A stretch of DNA of 64,000 nt from Oscillospiraceae bacterium (lineage in GTDB: Bacteria; Bacillota; Clostridia; Oscillospirales; Oscillospiraceae): assembly GCA_009787995.1 (NCBI GenBank), contig WQSH01000001.1, forward strand, positions 3,942-67,941. Direction: 5' to 3'. Made by a program: the position numbers and the translations under genes. Below, one piece after another: positions 27,529 through 37,044 of this stretch; position 1 is the first letter of the stretch; every line of letters begins with the position of its first letter. The notes beneath the pieces are model-generated. The model was given only the letters and a program-made list of their open reading frames with translations. It had not been told where the DNA came from and did no database searches.

Positions 27529-28002
27529 TTGGGAATATTTAACGAACTAAAAAAACTGACCAAGCCTTATGATGACGAGGACGATTTCGAGGATTTTCAA
27601 CCAAGAAAGTCAGATGACCTGCCGCCGCCTCCAAAAACAACTGCGCAGGCCAGGAGCACCTATGGGGATTTTGGAGAACCAAGGAGCTCCGGAAACAACA
27701 ACAAGGTGGTGAACATCCACGCTACTGCACAGTTGCAAGTAGTGCTTGTTAAACCTGAGAAGTTTGAGACCGCCGCGGAAATCGCAGACCACCTGCGCGA
27801 AAGATGCACCGTTGTGCTAAACCTCGAGCAGACAAACAAAGACATAGCCCGTCGCCTGGTTGACTTCCTAAGCGGCGTTGCGTATGCACAAGATGGCAAG
27901 ATAAAAAAAGTTGCCGTCAACGCATACCTTATAACACCGTACAATGTTGACCTGTTGGGCGACTTGATAGACGAACTCGAAAGCAACGGTCTTTATTTTT
28001 AG
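27529..28002 (+). CDS. sepF: Cell division protein SepF
   Basis: C-terminal SepF domain (VVLVKPEKFETAAEIADHLRERCTVVLNLEQ...RLVDFLSGVAYA). TTG start. Confidence 0.88.
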   Translation: MGIFNELKKLTKPYDDEDDFEDFQPRKSDDLPPPPKTTAQARSTYGDFGEPRSSGNNNKVVNIHATAQLQVVLVKPEKFETAAEIADHLRERCTVVLNLEQTNKDIARRLVDFLSGVAYAQDGKIKKVAVNAYLITPYNVDLLGDLIDELESNGLYF

Positions 28003-28090
28003 GGACTAGGGATTTAAAAAGGCGCAGGATACGTGTCGACTTACTCCTAAAGTACTAATTAAAGCTAGAAGCCGAAAGGATAGTGGATAA

Positions 28091-28885
28091 ATGCTGACTC
28101 CTCGGGAAATTACTGATAAGGTATTTGTTAAAGCCGTGTTTGGCGGGTATGACATGACTGGGGTCGACGACTTCCTTGAGTCTGTTTCCACAGACTACAA
28201 AGCGCTGTACGATGAAAATGCAATTTTAAAGGGCAAGCTCAAAATTCTTGTCGAAAAGGTCGAAGAATACCGTTCAACAGAGGACGCCATGAGAATGGCT
28301 CTCTTGACCGCCCAGCGCATGGGCGAAGAGATAACTGTCGAAGCAAACAAGCAAAAGGAAGAGACCTTAAAGAGCGCAGATGAGGAAGCAAAATCCAGAC
28401 TTGCAGAAATTTCACAGCGTGTCGCCGACGAGGAGCTGCGCCTTACCGTTGCCGCAAAGGAGACTGCGAAGTTTATTCAGCTCTCTCAGGCTGTAATGCA
28501 GAAGCATTCTGAATTTCTGACTAAGCTTGAAACGGCGCGCCGCGCTGTTAGGCCTGACCCACCGCCGATACCGCCGACGCAGGAGGAGCAGATTGCGGAT
28601 GTTGCGGAGCAGATAGACAGCGCTGTCGGAAAATTGACCGCTTCCGGCGCGCCGGCTCCACCACCAAACGTTCCTGCGCCGCTTCGCGAGCAGCCCCAGG
28701 AGGATGAGGAAGTGCCGCAAGAATCCCCGAATGAATCTCCACCATCCCAATATGACGATGAAGGCGAGCCGACAAGGCTTTTTGGCGAAGAAGGCGAAAG
28801 CGCACCCTCCATAACACCTAGGCCAAGATTTGATTTCGACGACCTGAAATTCGGCGCAAACTTCGACAAGGGTAACAACGATTAG
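28091..28885 (+). CDS. divIVA: DivIVA-domain protein
   Basis: N-terminus MLTPREITDKVFVKAVFGGYDMTGVDDFLE, then a coiled coil and a Pro/acidic-rich tail. Confidence 0.9.
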   Translation: MLTPREITDKVFVKAVFGGYDMTGVDDFLESVSTDYKALYDENAILKGKLKILVEKVEEYRSTEDAMRMALLTAQRMGEEITVEANKQKEETLKSADEEAKSRLAEISQRVADEELRLTVAAKETAKFIQLSQAVMQKHSEFLTKLETARRAVRPDPPPIPPTQEEQIADVAEQIDSAVGKLTASGAPAPPPNVPAPLREQPQEDEEVPQESPNESPPSQYDDEGEPTRLFGEEGESAPSITPRPRFDFDDLKFGANFDKGNND

Positions 28886-28947
28886 GAGATATTTAGGCGG
28901 TTGCGGCTTTCGCAATCGCCTATAACAGAAGAATTAGGAGTAACCAA

Positions 28948-31752
28948 ATGCCCCAAGACTACAATGCCACAATAAATTTGCCTAAAACCGAATTCCCCAT
29001 GCGGGCAGGGCTCCCCAAGCGCGAGCCTGAGATGCTTAAAGGATTTGGTGAAAATAAAGTCTATGAAACGCTGATTGAAAAAAACAAGGGAAAGCCCGCA
29101 TTTATCCTGCATGACGGGCCTCCGTTTTCCAATGGCGATATACATATTGGCACAGCTATGAACAAAATCCTCAAGGATATTATAGTCCGCGAAAAAAACA
29201 TGTCCGGTTATTGCGCCCCTTATGTGCCCGGATGGGACAACCATGGAATGCCTATTGAGAGCGCAATAATCAAAAAGAACAAGCTCGACCGGAAAAAAAT
29301 GTCGATACCGGAATTTCGCAACGCTTGCCATGCCTTTGCAGCCGAGTATGTAGACAGGCAGCGCGAGCAGTTTAAGCGCCTTGGCGTTATAGGCGCCTGG
29401 GACAATCCATACTTGACTATGGCTCCCTCGTTCGAAGCCGAGGAAGTCCGCGTTTTCGGCAAGATGTATGAAAAAGGCTATATCTACAAGGGCCTCAAGC
29501 CTGTTTATTGGTGCTCACACGATGAGACGGCGCTTGCGGAAGCGGAGATAGAGTATGACGATACCCCCTGTACTGCGATTTTTGTAAAATTCAAGATAAA
29601 GGACGCCAGAGGCGTTTTGGACAGCATTCCCGGAGCGGAAGGTGCAAGCATCTTGATTTGGACGACGACAGCTTGGACATTGCCAGGCAACCTTGCAATT
29701 TGCCTCGGTCCGAAAATCGAATACGCTGTCTGCAAAGCCGGCGGAGAGATTTATATAGTTGCGGCAGGGCTTGCGGAAAGCGTTTTTAAGCAGGCGGGAA
29801 TTGAGAAGTTCGAAGTGCTGAAAAAGTTGCCCGGCTCTGCGCTTGAGCTTGTGACTGCTCACCACCCGTTTTATGACCGCGAATCGCTTGTAATACTTGG
29901 AGACCATGTCACTGTCGAAGCTGGCACGGGCTGCGTCCACACAGCACCCGGCCATGGCGTCGACGACTTCAATGTTTGCCGTAAATACAAGCAGCTCCCA
30001 ATGCTGACCCCTGTGGACGACCGCGGCATTATGACTACCGAAGCGCTGCAATACGCAGGGATGCATTTTTCAAAGGCGATTGCCGCAATTATCGAAGATT
30101 TGAAAGAGAGCGGGGCGCTGTTTGCCGCAGAAGAAATTGTCCACTCATACCCACACTGTTGGCGCTGCAAGAACCCTGTGATTTTCCGCGCCACCGAACA
30201 ATGGTTTGCCTCCGTTGACGCCATGAAAAAGGCGGCTGTCAAGGCTTGCGAGGAGATAAAATGGATACCTGAGTGGGGCAAGGATCGCATGATCGCTATG
30301 ATTGCCGAGCGCTCAGACTGGTGCATATCCCGCCAGCGACACTGGGGCTTGCCCATACCTGTGTTTTATTGCGATGATTGCGATAAGCCTGTCTGCACCC
30401 CCGATACCATCGAGGCGGCTGCCCAACTATTTGCTAAAGAGGGTTCGAATGCATGGTATGAAAAAAGCCCGGGTGAAATTTTGCCCGGCGACTTTGCCTG
30501 CCCTCACTGCGGCGCAAAAAGCTTTACTGCCGGCTCCGATTCGCTTGACTGCTGGTTCGATTCCGGCTCGACACATGCCGACGTGCTCAGCTCCGGCAAT
30601 TTCCCGGGCCTGCAATTTCCGTCAGATATCTATCTTGAAGGCGGAGACCAGTACCGCGGCTGGTTTCAATCATCTATGCTCACAAGCATTGCGACCAACG
30701 GGGTCGCTCCATATAAGAGAATCATCACTCATGGCTGGACAGTCGACGGCGATGGCAAGGCGATGCATAAGTCGCTGGGCAATGGCATTGCGCCGGAGGC
30801 CGTCATCAAGGACTATGGTGCCGACGTCCTGCGTTTGTGGGTCGCATCCTCCGACTATAGGGTCGACTCCCGGATTTCAAACGACATTTTGAAGCAAATT
30901 TCCGACATCTACCTCAAAATCCGCAATACGGCGCGCTTCGTCCTCGGAAACCTAGACGGCTTTGACCCCGATGGGCTCGTCGATACCGGGGATATGCCGG
31001 AACTGGATTTATGGGCGCTTGCCCGGCTTAACAAATTGGTAGCTAGTGTCAGGGCGTCCTATGAGAAGTATGAGTATCACACCATATATCATGCGATACA
31101 CAATTTCTGCACGGTAGATATGTCAAATTTTTATCTCGACATAATAAAGGATAGGCTCTACTGCGATGTCACGGACGGGCTTTTGCGCAGGAGTGCACAA
31201 ACCGTAATTTATCTTGTCCTTGATGCCTTGGTGCGCATGCTTGCGCCTATTTTAGCTTTCACTACAGAGGAAATCTGGTCAGCTATGCCTCATCATCAAT
31301 CGGCCGAGCGGGGGAGCGTTCTGTATAATGCCATGCCGGAGCCCGATGCACGCCGCAACTTTAGCCCCGAGCAAGAGGCTACGTGGGACATGTTGCTGCG
31401 CCTGCGCACTGACGTGAACAAAGCCCTTGAGCTGGCTCGTTCCGAAAAAATGATTGGCAAGCCATTGGACGCCGAGGTAACGCTGCACCTCGACGATTCT
31501 GCCGCTTCCGCTTTTGACAAAATAGCAGGGCATGACCTCAAAGCGTTATTTATTGTCTCAGGTGTCGAAACTGTCAGGGGCAGCGGTAGCGGGTACGAGG
31601 GGACGGAGTTTAAAGGCATCACCGTAACGGTTAGGGCAAGCACAGAGCCAAAATGCGCCCGTTGTTGGATTCACGACAAAGATGTTGGGGGCAGTGCGGA
31701 GCATCCGGAGCTTTGCCCGCGTTGCCTTGACGCAGTCACGCAGGGGAGGTAA
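28948..31752 (+). CDS. ileS: Isoleucine--tRNA ligase
   Basis: Class-I HIGH motif (PFSNGDIHIGTAMNK) and KMSKS variant (KAMHKSLGN). Editing domain present; C-terminal Zn-binding CxxC pairs. Confidence 0.97.
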   Translation: MPQDYNATINLPKTEFPMRAGLPKREPEMLKGFGENKVYETLIEKNKGKPAFILHDGPPFSNGDIHIGTAMNKILKDIIVREKNMSGYCAPYVPGWDNHGMPIESAIIKKNKLDRKKMSIPEFRNACHAFAAEYVDRQREQFKRLGVIGAWDNPYLTMAPSFEAEEVRVFGKMYEKGYIYKGLKPVYWCSHDETALAEAEIEYDDTPCTAIFVKFKIKDARGVLDSIPGAEGASILIWTTTAWTLPGNLAICLGPKIEYAVCKAGGEIYIVAAGLAESVFKQAGIEKFEVLKKLPGSALELVTAHHPFYDRESLVILGDHVTVEAGTGCVHTAPGHGVDDFNVCRKYKQLPMLTPVDDRGIMTTEALQYAGMHFSKAIAAIIEDLKESGALFAAEEIVHSYPHCWRCKNPVIFRATEQWFASVDAMKKAAVKACEEIKWIPEWGKDRMIAMIAERSDWCISRQRHWGLPIPVFYCDDCDKPVCTPDTIEAAAQLFAKEGSNAWYEKSPGEILPGDFACPHCGAKSFTAGSDSLDCWFDSGSTHADVLSSGNFPGLQFPSDIYLEGGDQYRGWFQSSMLTSIATNGVAPYKRIITHGWTVDGDGKAMHKSLGNGIAPEAVIKDYGADVLRLWVASSDYRVDSRISNDILKQISDIYLKIRNTARFVLGNLDGFDPDGLVDTGDMPELDLWALARLNKLVASVRASYEKYEYHTIYHAIHNFCTVDMSNFYLDIIKDRLYCDVTDGLLRRSAQTVIYLVLDALVRMLAPILAFTTEEIWSAMPHHQSAERGSVLYNAMPEPDARRNFSPEQEATWDMLLRLRTDVNKALELARSEKMIGKPLDAEVTLHLDDSAASAFDKIAGHDLKALFIVSGVETVRGSGSGYEGTEFKGITVTVRASTEPKCARCWIHDKDVGGSAEHPELCPRCLDAVTQGR

Positions 31753-31757
31753 CCGGA

Positions 31758-32669
31758 ATGCTATGCTTTGCATTTGCGGCGCTTATAGTTCTGCTCGATC
31801 AGTTTTTTAAGAGATGGATTGTGCGCGTGCTTGACGTATCTGAACAAATGGATTTGATTCCAGGGGTCATTGGCCTAACGCACATCCATAACCATGGTGC
31901 CGCTTTTGGCATATTCCCCGGCAACCGCTGGTTCTTGGCTGTAGTTGCCTTTATCATCTGCATTGCGCTGGTTTTTATTTTGCTGAGGTACACTGAGGGC
32001 TTTTGGGGCACATTGGGCCTTTCCGCCGTGCTCGGAGGCGCAGTAGGCAACCTGCTCGACCGTATCCTGCTGGGTTATGTTGTCGACATGTTCCAGACTC
32101 TGTTTGTCAGATTTGCTATTTTCAATATAGCTGACATCTTCATTACCTTGGGCGTCGTCACCTTTTTAGTGCATTTCATCTTAGTGTCAATCAAGCAAGC
32201 AAAGGACGATAAGCTGGCACTTGAAAATGCCAGGGTAGATTTGGACTATGATACTTATGACGAGCAGTATGAGGAGCAATACGACGAACAATATGATGAG
32301 CAATATGAACAGCAGCACGAATATGATGATTCCCATGATGAAGGAGTGCCTGATTTTGACGAGTTTCCCGATCCGCAGGCAGGCGCACCCGACATAAATC
32401 CCGAGCCGGACTTTGATGATATCCAGGAATATGTTGCGCCCACACAAGACTTACAATATCATGGCGAGCCGGAGCCTATATCTGCACCTAAAGCAGATAC
32501 GCCGAATTCTTGGCAGGAGTATTACGAACCTGAAAAGTCCGAAAACAGCACCGGTACTCTCGATGCGCTCAATGCACTTGAGCTGGAGCTTGATGCTGTG
32601 GATGATTATGACGTAGATGCAATGCTTCGCGAATATGGATTTGAAGACGAAAACGCACCTAGGGAATAG
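31758..32669 (+). CDS. lspA: Lipoprotein signal peptidase II with a ~150-aa acidic C-terminal extension
   Basis: A complete LspA core in the first ~150 aa (IHNHGAAFGIF, FNIADIFITLG). A long D/E/Y/Q-rich tail follows. Confidence 0.85.
   Translation: MLCFAFAALIVLLDQFFKRWIVRVLDVSEQMDLIPGVIGLTHIHNHGAAFGIFPGNRWFLAVVAFIICIALVFILLRYTEGFWGTLGLSAVLGGAVGNLLDRILLGYVVDMFQTLFVRFAIFNIADIFITLGVVTFLVHFILVSIKQAKDDKLALENARVDLDYDTYDEQYEEQYDEQYDEQYEQQHEYDDSHDEGVPDFDEFPDPQAGAPDINPEPDFDDIQEYVAPTQDLQYHGEPEPISAPKADTPNSWQEYYEPEKSENSTGTLDALNALELELDAVDDYDVDAMLREYGFEDENAPRE
32259..32318 (+). repeat. Five tandem 12-bp units inside the lspA tail
   Basis: gacgagcagtat gaggagcaatac gacgaacaatat gatgagcaatat gaacagcagcac, encoding DEQY EEQY DEQY DEQY EQQH. 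Confidence 0.85.
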
Positions 32670-32687
32670 GGAGACGAGTGGCGCATT

Positions 32688-33617
32688 TTGAAAACGGTGA
32701 CATTAGAATCAAACAGCGGCGGGGAACGGCTTGATTTGTTCCTCGCTTCGAATATTCCTGAGCTTTCCAGAAATGCAGCGCAAAAACTCCTAACATCGGG
32801 GCGCGTCACCCTTGGCGGCAAGCCTTTGCCCAAAAGCCACAAGACCTCGCCCGGGGAGCTGTATGTTATCCTGCAAGATGAGCCTGAAAACCCAATTGCC
32901 GCTCCGCAGGACATCCCGCTCGATATAGTCTTTGAGGATGCTGATGTCATCGTCGTAAACAAACCGCGCGGCATGGTCGTCCACCCCGCACCGGGCCATC
33001 CGGACGGCACCTTGGTCAATGCGTTGCTCAACCATTGCGGCGACAGCCTTTCAGGCATTGGCGGCGTGAAGCGCCCAGGTATCGTCCACCGAATTGATAA
33101 AGATACTTCAGGGCTGGTAATTGCGGCAAAAAACGACCGCGCCCATCTCTCGCTTGCAGAGCAGTTGAGTTCGCGAACGCTCACAAGAGAATATGACGCA
33201 ATCGTGCGCGGGAGCTTAAAAAATGACTCAGGCTCAATAAACGCACCCATTGGACGCCACCCAATCGAAAGGAAGAGGCAGGCTGTCACCGAACTGAATT
33301 CCCGCTCCGCAGTCACGCACTATGAAGTGCTGGCAAGGTACACAGGCTTTACCCATGTGCGTTGCCGTCTCGAAACCGGGCGCACACATCAGATTAGAGT
33401 CCACATGGCGCATATTGGGCATCCTGTGCTGGGAGATACCGTCTATGGGCGCAAAAAGCCGGAGCTTGGTTTGTCGAGCCAGTGCCTGCACGCCAGACTG
33501 TTGCGATTTGAGCACCCGGCAACCAATGAGCATGTTGTGCTTAGCGTAGAGTTGCCCGAGTATTTTACTAAGGCGCTGAATAAGCTGGGAAAGCAGGGTG
33601 ACTATTGTGGAACATGA
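32688..33617 (+). CDS. rluD: RluA/RluD-family 23S rRNA pseudouridine synthase
   Basis: N-terminal S4 domain and catalytic HRIDKDTSGL motif. TTG start. Confidence 0.9.
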   Translation: MKTVTLESNSGGERLDLFLASNIPELSRNAAQKLLTSGRVTLGGKPLPKSHKTSPGELYVILQDEPENPIAAPQDIPLDIVFEDADVIVVNKPRGMVVHPAPGHPDGTLVNALLNHCGDSLSGIGGVKRPGIVHRIDKDTSGLVIAAKNDRAHLSLAEQLSSRTLTREYDAIVRGSLKNDSGSINAPIGRHPIERKRQAVTELNSRSAVTHYEVLARYTGFTHVRCRLETGRTHQIRVHMAHIGHPVLGDTVYGRKKPELGLSSQCLHARLLRFEHPATNEHVVLSVELPEYFTKALNKLGKQGDYCGT

Positions 33618-34053
33618 AGAATATATGCAGTTAGCCCTCGATATGGCTCGGGAAGCTGAAAGTGACGGAGAGGCTCCGGTAGGGTGCGTTATCGTTGATT
33701 CTGCCGGAACTGTAATCGGCCGCGGAAGAAACCGCAGGGAAAGGGAACGGACTGCGACCGCCCATGCGGAGCTTGAGGCAATCCATGATGCCTGCAAAAC
33801 CCTCTCCGATTGGCGTTTGAGGGGGTGCGCCCTTTATGTCACACTTGAACCATGCCCAATGTGTGCGGGGGCTATCATTATGGCGCGCATTGATAAGCTG
33901 TTTTACGGCGCGCGCGATGAGCTGACAGGCTCTTGCGGAAGCGTTGTCAATCTTTTTATGGAGCCATATGGCCAGTCGACACAGGTCACGGGAGGCATAC
34001 TCGCCGATGAGTGTTCTCTAATCATCACAGAATTTTTCCGCAAGCTGCGGTAA
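33598..34053 (+). CDS. tadA: tRNA adenosine(34) deaminase TadA
   Basis: HAELEAI and LEPCPMCAGA zinc motifs. Confidence 0.9.
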   Translation: MTIVEHEEYMQLALDMAREAESDGEAPVGCVIVDSAGTVIGRGRNRRERERTATAHAELEAIHDACKTLSDWRLRGCALYVTLEPCPMCAGAIIMARIDKLFYGARDELTGSCGSVVNLFMEPYGQSTQVTGGILADECSLIITEFFRKLR

Positions 34054-34081
34054 CTGTGCCTATCACAAGGAGGGCCCGCTG

Positions 34082-34831
34082 ATGGAAAATTTCCATGCGC
34101 CCAGTTTTCTTGAAAACCCGCAATCTGACAGCATCGTGGTTTTTATTCATGGATTCATGGGAAGTCCGCGCCAGTTCGATGGCCTTGCCAAAGCAGTTCA
34201 TATGAACGGCTTTAATGCAGCCATACTGCTCCTTCCCGGGCATGGCGGCAGCTTGAGGGATTTCTCTTCAAGCAAATTTAAACAGTGGCAAAACCATGTT
34301 TGGTCAGAAATCAAGCGCTTCTCCCGCAATTATGAAAATATATGGCTGGTCGGACATTCAATGGGCGGGCTCTTGGCCCTATGTGCCGCCGAAAATCCCA
34401 ATAACAAAGTCCGGGGCGTTTTCCCAATAGCGAGCCCATTTAAGTTGACAGCACTTTCAAAGAGGGACATACACATAAGACTTATTCAAGTTCTATGCGC
34501 CGATGCAAATTTCATAAAAGCCGCATATATCGGCCATAGCAGCGTCCCCCACACGCTCACAATGCTTTTTAGCGCTTTGGGTCCAATGGTGCAGGTGAAG
34601 AAACTCATGCATAGGACAAAGGCAATTCTTCATAATATCCACTTGCCTGTTATGGCCGTGTATTCGGCTTTTGATGAAATTATTTCGATAAAGAGCTTAG
34701 ATATCCTGAAACAGGGGCTGACCCGCGCCCCTTTTGAGCATGTGATTTTAAACAAGTCCCTTCATGCATACTATACAAAAAAAGAGCGGGCCATTATAGA
34801 GAAGACCTTGTTGGGGTTTATTCAGAAATAG
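34082..34831 (+). CDS. Alpha/beta hydrolase (esterase/lipase-like)
   Basis: Nucleophile elbow GHSMGG and HG oxyanion motif (VVFIHGFMGS). Confidence 0.75.
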   Translation: MENFHAPSFLENPQSDSIVVFIHGFMGSPRQFDGLAKAVHMNGFNAAILLLPGHGGSLRDFSSSKFKQWQNHVWSEIKRFSRNYENIWLVGHSMGGLLALCAAENPNNKVRGVFPIASPFKLTALSKRDIHIRLIQVLCADANFIKAAYIGHSSVPHTLTMLFSALGPMVQVKKLMHRTKAILHNIHLPVMAVYSAFDEIISIKSLDILKQGLTRAPFEHVILNKSLHAYYTKKERAIIEKTLLGFIQK

Positions 34832-34847
34832 GGATGGCCAGGGCAAT

Positions 34848-35534
34848 ATGAGAATGCGAAGAAAACCTAATTTGGATGCGCGCATGGACAGGTGCGCCAA
34901 TTTGCTGATTTCCACCCCTGAATCTTTGCGCGGCCGGTGGCTGGAGCTAAGTGAGCTTCCGTATGGGGAGCTTCATATAGAGCTGGGGTGTGGAAAGGGG
35001 CTCTTTACCGCCGAAATGGCGAAACAGTCGCCGGAGGCGCTTTTTATCGGGCTCGAAAAAGTTAAAAATGTCATTGTAATCGCTCTTGAGCGGGTCGAGC
35101 GAGAGTGTCTGCAGAATGTGCGTTTTATAAACAATCTAGCCGACGACCTCACTTCGTTTTTTGCTCCCGGCGAGGTCTCCAGGATATATTTGAATTTCAG
35201 CGACCCTTGGCCCTCACAGAGGCACGCAAAGCGCCGCCTTACTTCGCAAAGTTTTTTGGAGTCGTATAAAAATGTCTTGTCCCGGGACGGTGAGATTCAT
35301 TTCAAAACAGATAATATCCCGCTTTTCGAGTTTTCGCTCCGCGAATTTCAGAGAGCCGGGCTTACCGTACTGCAAGAGAACCGCAACTTGCATAGAAATG
35401 GGCCTGCCGGTGTCATGACTGATTATGAAATGAAATTCCACGGCGAGGGGATTGCTATAAATATGTGCATTGTGGGCAGGCCACTCGCCCCCATGCCTTC
35501 GCTTCCGGGAGTAAATTTGCATGGATTATTTTGA
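34848..35534 (+). CDS. trmB: tRNA (guanine46-N7)-methyltransferase TrmB
   Basis: ELGCGKG SAM motif and FSDPWP motif. Confidence 0.9.
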   Translation: MRMRRKPNLDARMDRCANLLISTPESLRGRWLELSELPYGELHIELGCGKGLFTAEMAKQSPEALFIGLEKVKNVIVIALERVERECLQNVRFINNLADDLTSFFAPGEVSRIYLNFSDPWPSQRHAKRRLTSQSFLESYKNVLSRDGEIHFKTDNIPLFEFSLREFQRAGLTVLQENRNLHRNGPAGVMTDYEMKFHGEGIAINMCIVGRPLAPMPSLPGVNLHGLF

Positions 35535-36390
35535 GAGGGAAGGCGAGGTTGAGATTACCGGGGTTTCTGATTTTGACCTTTCCAAGATATTTGAGTGTGG
35601 GCAGTGCTTCCGTTGGAGCTCTGACGAGAGCGGTGCCTATGTCGGCGTCGCCCACGGCATCGCAGCCCGCGTTCGCAAGAACGGCGAGAGCATTTTTATT
35701 TCCGGCACGGCTTGCGATTTTGAATCTGTCTGGCACGATTATTTTGATCTCGAGCGTGACTATCTGTACATCCGGCGACAGCTTTGCATTGACGATTTCA
35801 TGAGCGAGGCCACCAAGTACGGCGCAGGCATCAGAATACTGCGGCAAGATAAATGGGAGACGCTCTGTTCGTTCATAATTTCGCAGTGCAATAATATTCC
35901 AAGAATAAAAAAAATAATCGCCACGCTCTGCAACGAGTTTGGAGACAAGCTTATCTTTGAAGGCGTGGAGCTCTATACTTTTCCCTCCGCTGAAAAAATC
36001 GCTAAGCTTAACGAGGCTGACCTTGCGCCGTTGCGCTGTGGGTATAGGTCTGCCTATTTAATCGGCGCTGCTCAGGCTATTGCAAATGGCGGCATTGACC
36101 TTGACTTATTATCTCTCGCCCCACAGGATGAAGCTCGGAAAGAGCTTAAAAAGCTGCGGGGGGTAGGGGACAAGGTAGCGGACTGCGTGATGCTTTTCGG
36201 ACTTCACATGCTGGACGCTTTCCCGCTTGATGTGTGGATGAAGAGGGCCGTATCGCAGCATTTAGGCCCGGAATTTAACCAGGGCATCTTTAGCCCATAC
36301 GCCGGTATAGCGCAGCAGTACATTTTCCATTACGTCCGGAATGCGAGGGGCAGCTCGCTCAATCCCGGACTGATAGCAGGCACTGGATAG
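35521..36390 (+). CDS. ogg: 8-oxoguanine DNA glycosylase / HhH-GPD family (Ogg)
   Basis: HhH-GPD segment LKKLRGVGDKVADCVMLFGL...FPLDVW. Confidence 0.85.
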   Translation: MDYFEREGEVEITGVSDFDLSKIFECGQCFRWSSDESGAYVGVAHGIAARVRKNGESIFISGTACDFESVWHDYFDLERDYLYIRRQLCIDDFMSEATKYGAGIRILRQDKWETLCSFIISQCNNIPRIKKIIATLCNEFGDKLIFEGVELYTFPSAEKIAKLNEADLAPLRCGYRSAYLIGAAQAIANGGIDLDLLSLAPQDEARKELKKLRGVGDKVADCVMLFGLHMLDAFPLDVWMKRAVSQHLGPEFNQGIFSPYAGIAQQYIFHYVRNARGSSLNPGLIAGTG

Positions 36391-36433
36391 TAACAAGCGT
36401 AACAAGTGATTCGTGGTAAAATTCAAAAAAAGC

Positions 36434-36462
36434 TTGCATTTGTAGCCTTGAGGTGGTAAAAT
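36434..36462 (+). promoter_or_regulatory. Candidate rpsT promoter
   Basis: TTGCAT, 17-nt spacer, TAAAAT with upstream TGg. Confidence 0.55.
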
Positions 36463-36551
36463 GACTTTCCGCTCGTCATTTGGCCAAGTTTGTCAGCGCC
36501 GATTGTCAGCTGTTTATCGCAATTGCTAAGGAGAGGAGGTGGCTAGAGCAA

Positions 36552-36821
36552 ATGGCTAATATTAAATCCTCGGAAAAAAGAGTCCTGCTTTCTAGGAAAG
36601 CGGCCGCACGGAACAAGGCGGCGAAATCTCTCATGAAAACAAATATCAAAAAATTTGACACCGCAATGTCCGAAGGCGATCGCGTGGCGGCCGAAGGCGC
36701 ATATAAAATTGCCGTAAAGACCGTCGACCGTGCGGCAACTAGGGGTCTTATCCATAAAAACAAAGCTGCTCGCAGGAAAAGTGCGCTTACTAGGCAGCTT
36801 AATGCAATGTCAGGGCAGTAA
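36552..36821 (+). CDS. rpsT: 30S ribosomal protein S20
   Basis: MANIKSSEKRVLLSRKAAARNKA..., a typical S20 N-terminus. The ATG at 36552 is preceded by AAGGAGAGGAGGTGG. Confidence 0.95.
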   Translation: MANIKSSEKRVLLSRKAAARNKAAKSLMKTNIKKFDTAMSEGDRVAAEGAYKIAVKTVDRAATRGLIHKNKAARRKSALTRQLNAMSGQ

Positions 36822-36840
36822 TAATTGTTTATTAGAGAAT

Positions 36841-36879
36841 GCGCTTCGTGCCAGCCAAAATGGTGCGGGGCGTCTTTTC
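36841..36879 (+). terminator. Candidate intrinsic terminator after rpsT
   Basis: 11-bp stem 36842..36852 / 36862..36872 (includes 4 G-U pairs) followed by tcttttcattcgttttt. Confidence 0.45.
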
Positions 36880-36955
36880 ATTCGTTTTTGCACTGAGTCG
36901 ACTCGATTTCTATATCCTTTTACACCTAGAGTGGGGGGCAAATACACAAAATTGC

Positions 36956-36984
36956 TTGATTTTTTCATGTTTTTTTGATAGAAT
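36956..36984 (+). promoter_or_regulatory. Candidate dnaA promoter
   Basis: TTGATT, 17-nt spacer, TAGAAT, ~60 nt upstream of the dnaA ATG. Confidence 0.45.
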
Positions 36985-37044
36985 GTGTTTATGTGAGGCT
37001 TGACTGTTTTGTGTCTGATTGAAGCGAAGGGATGGTCATAAAAT

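Noticed and set aside
28886-28947. I looked for a T-box leader upstream of ileS, as in Bacillus.
   Set aside because: Only 62 nt separate divIVA and ileS. That is far too short for a T-box riboswitch, and no specifier or T-box sequence was seen.
32187-32447. Three overlapping minus-strand ORFs (62-86 aa) opposite the lspA tail.
   Set aside because: They are artefacts of the stop-poor acidic tail region of lspA (which includes the 12-bp repeat): repetitive translations and no start context.
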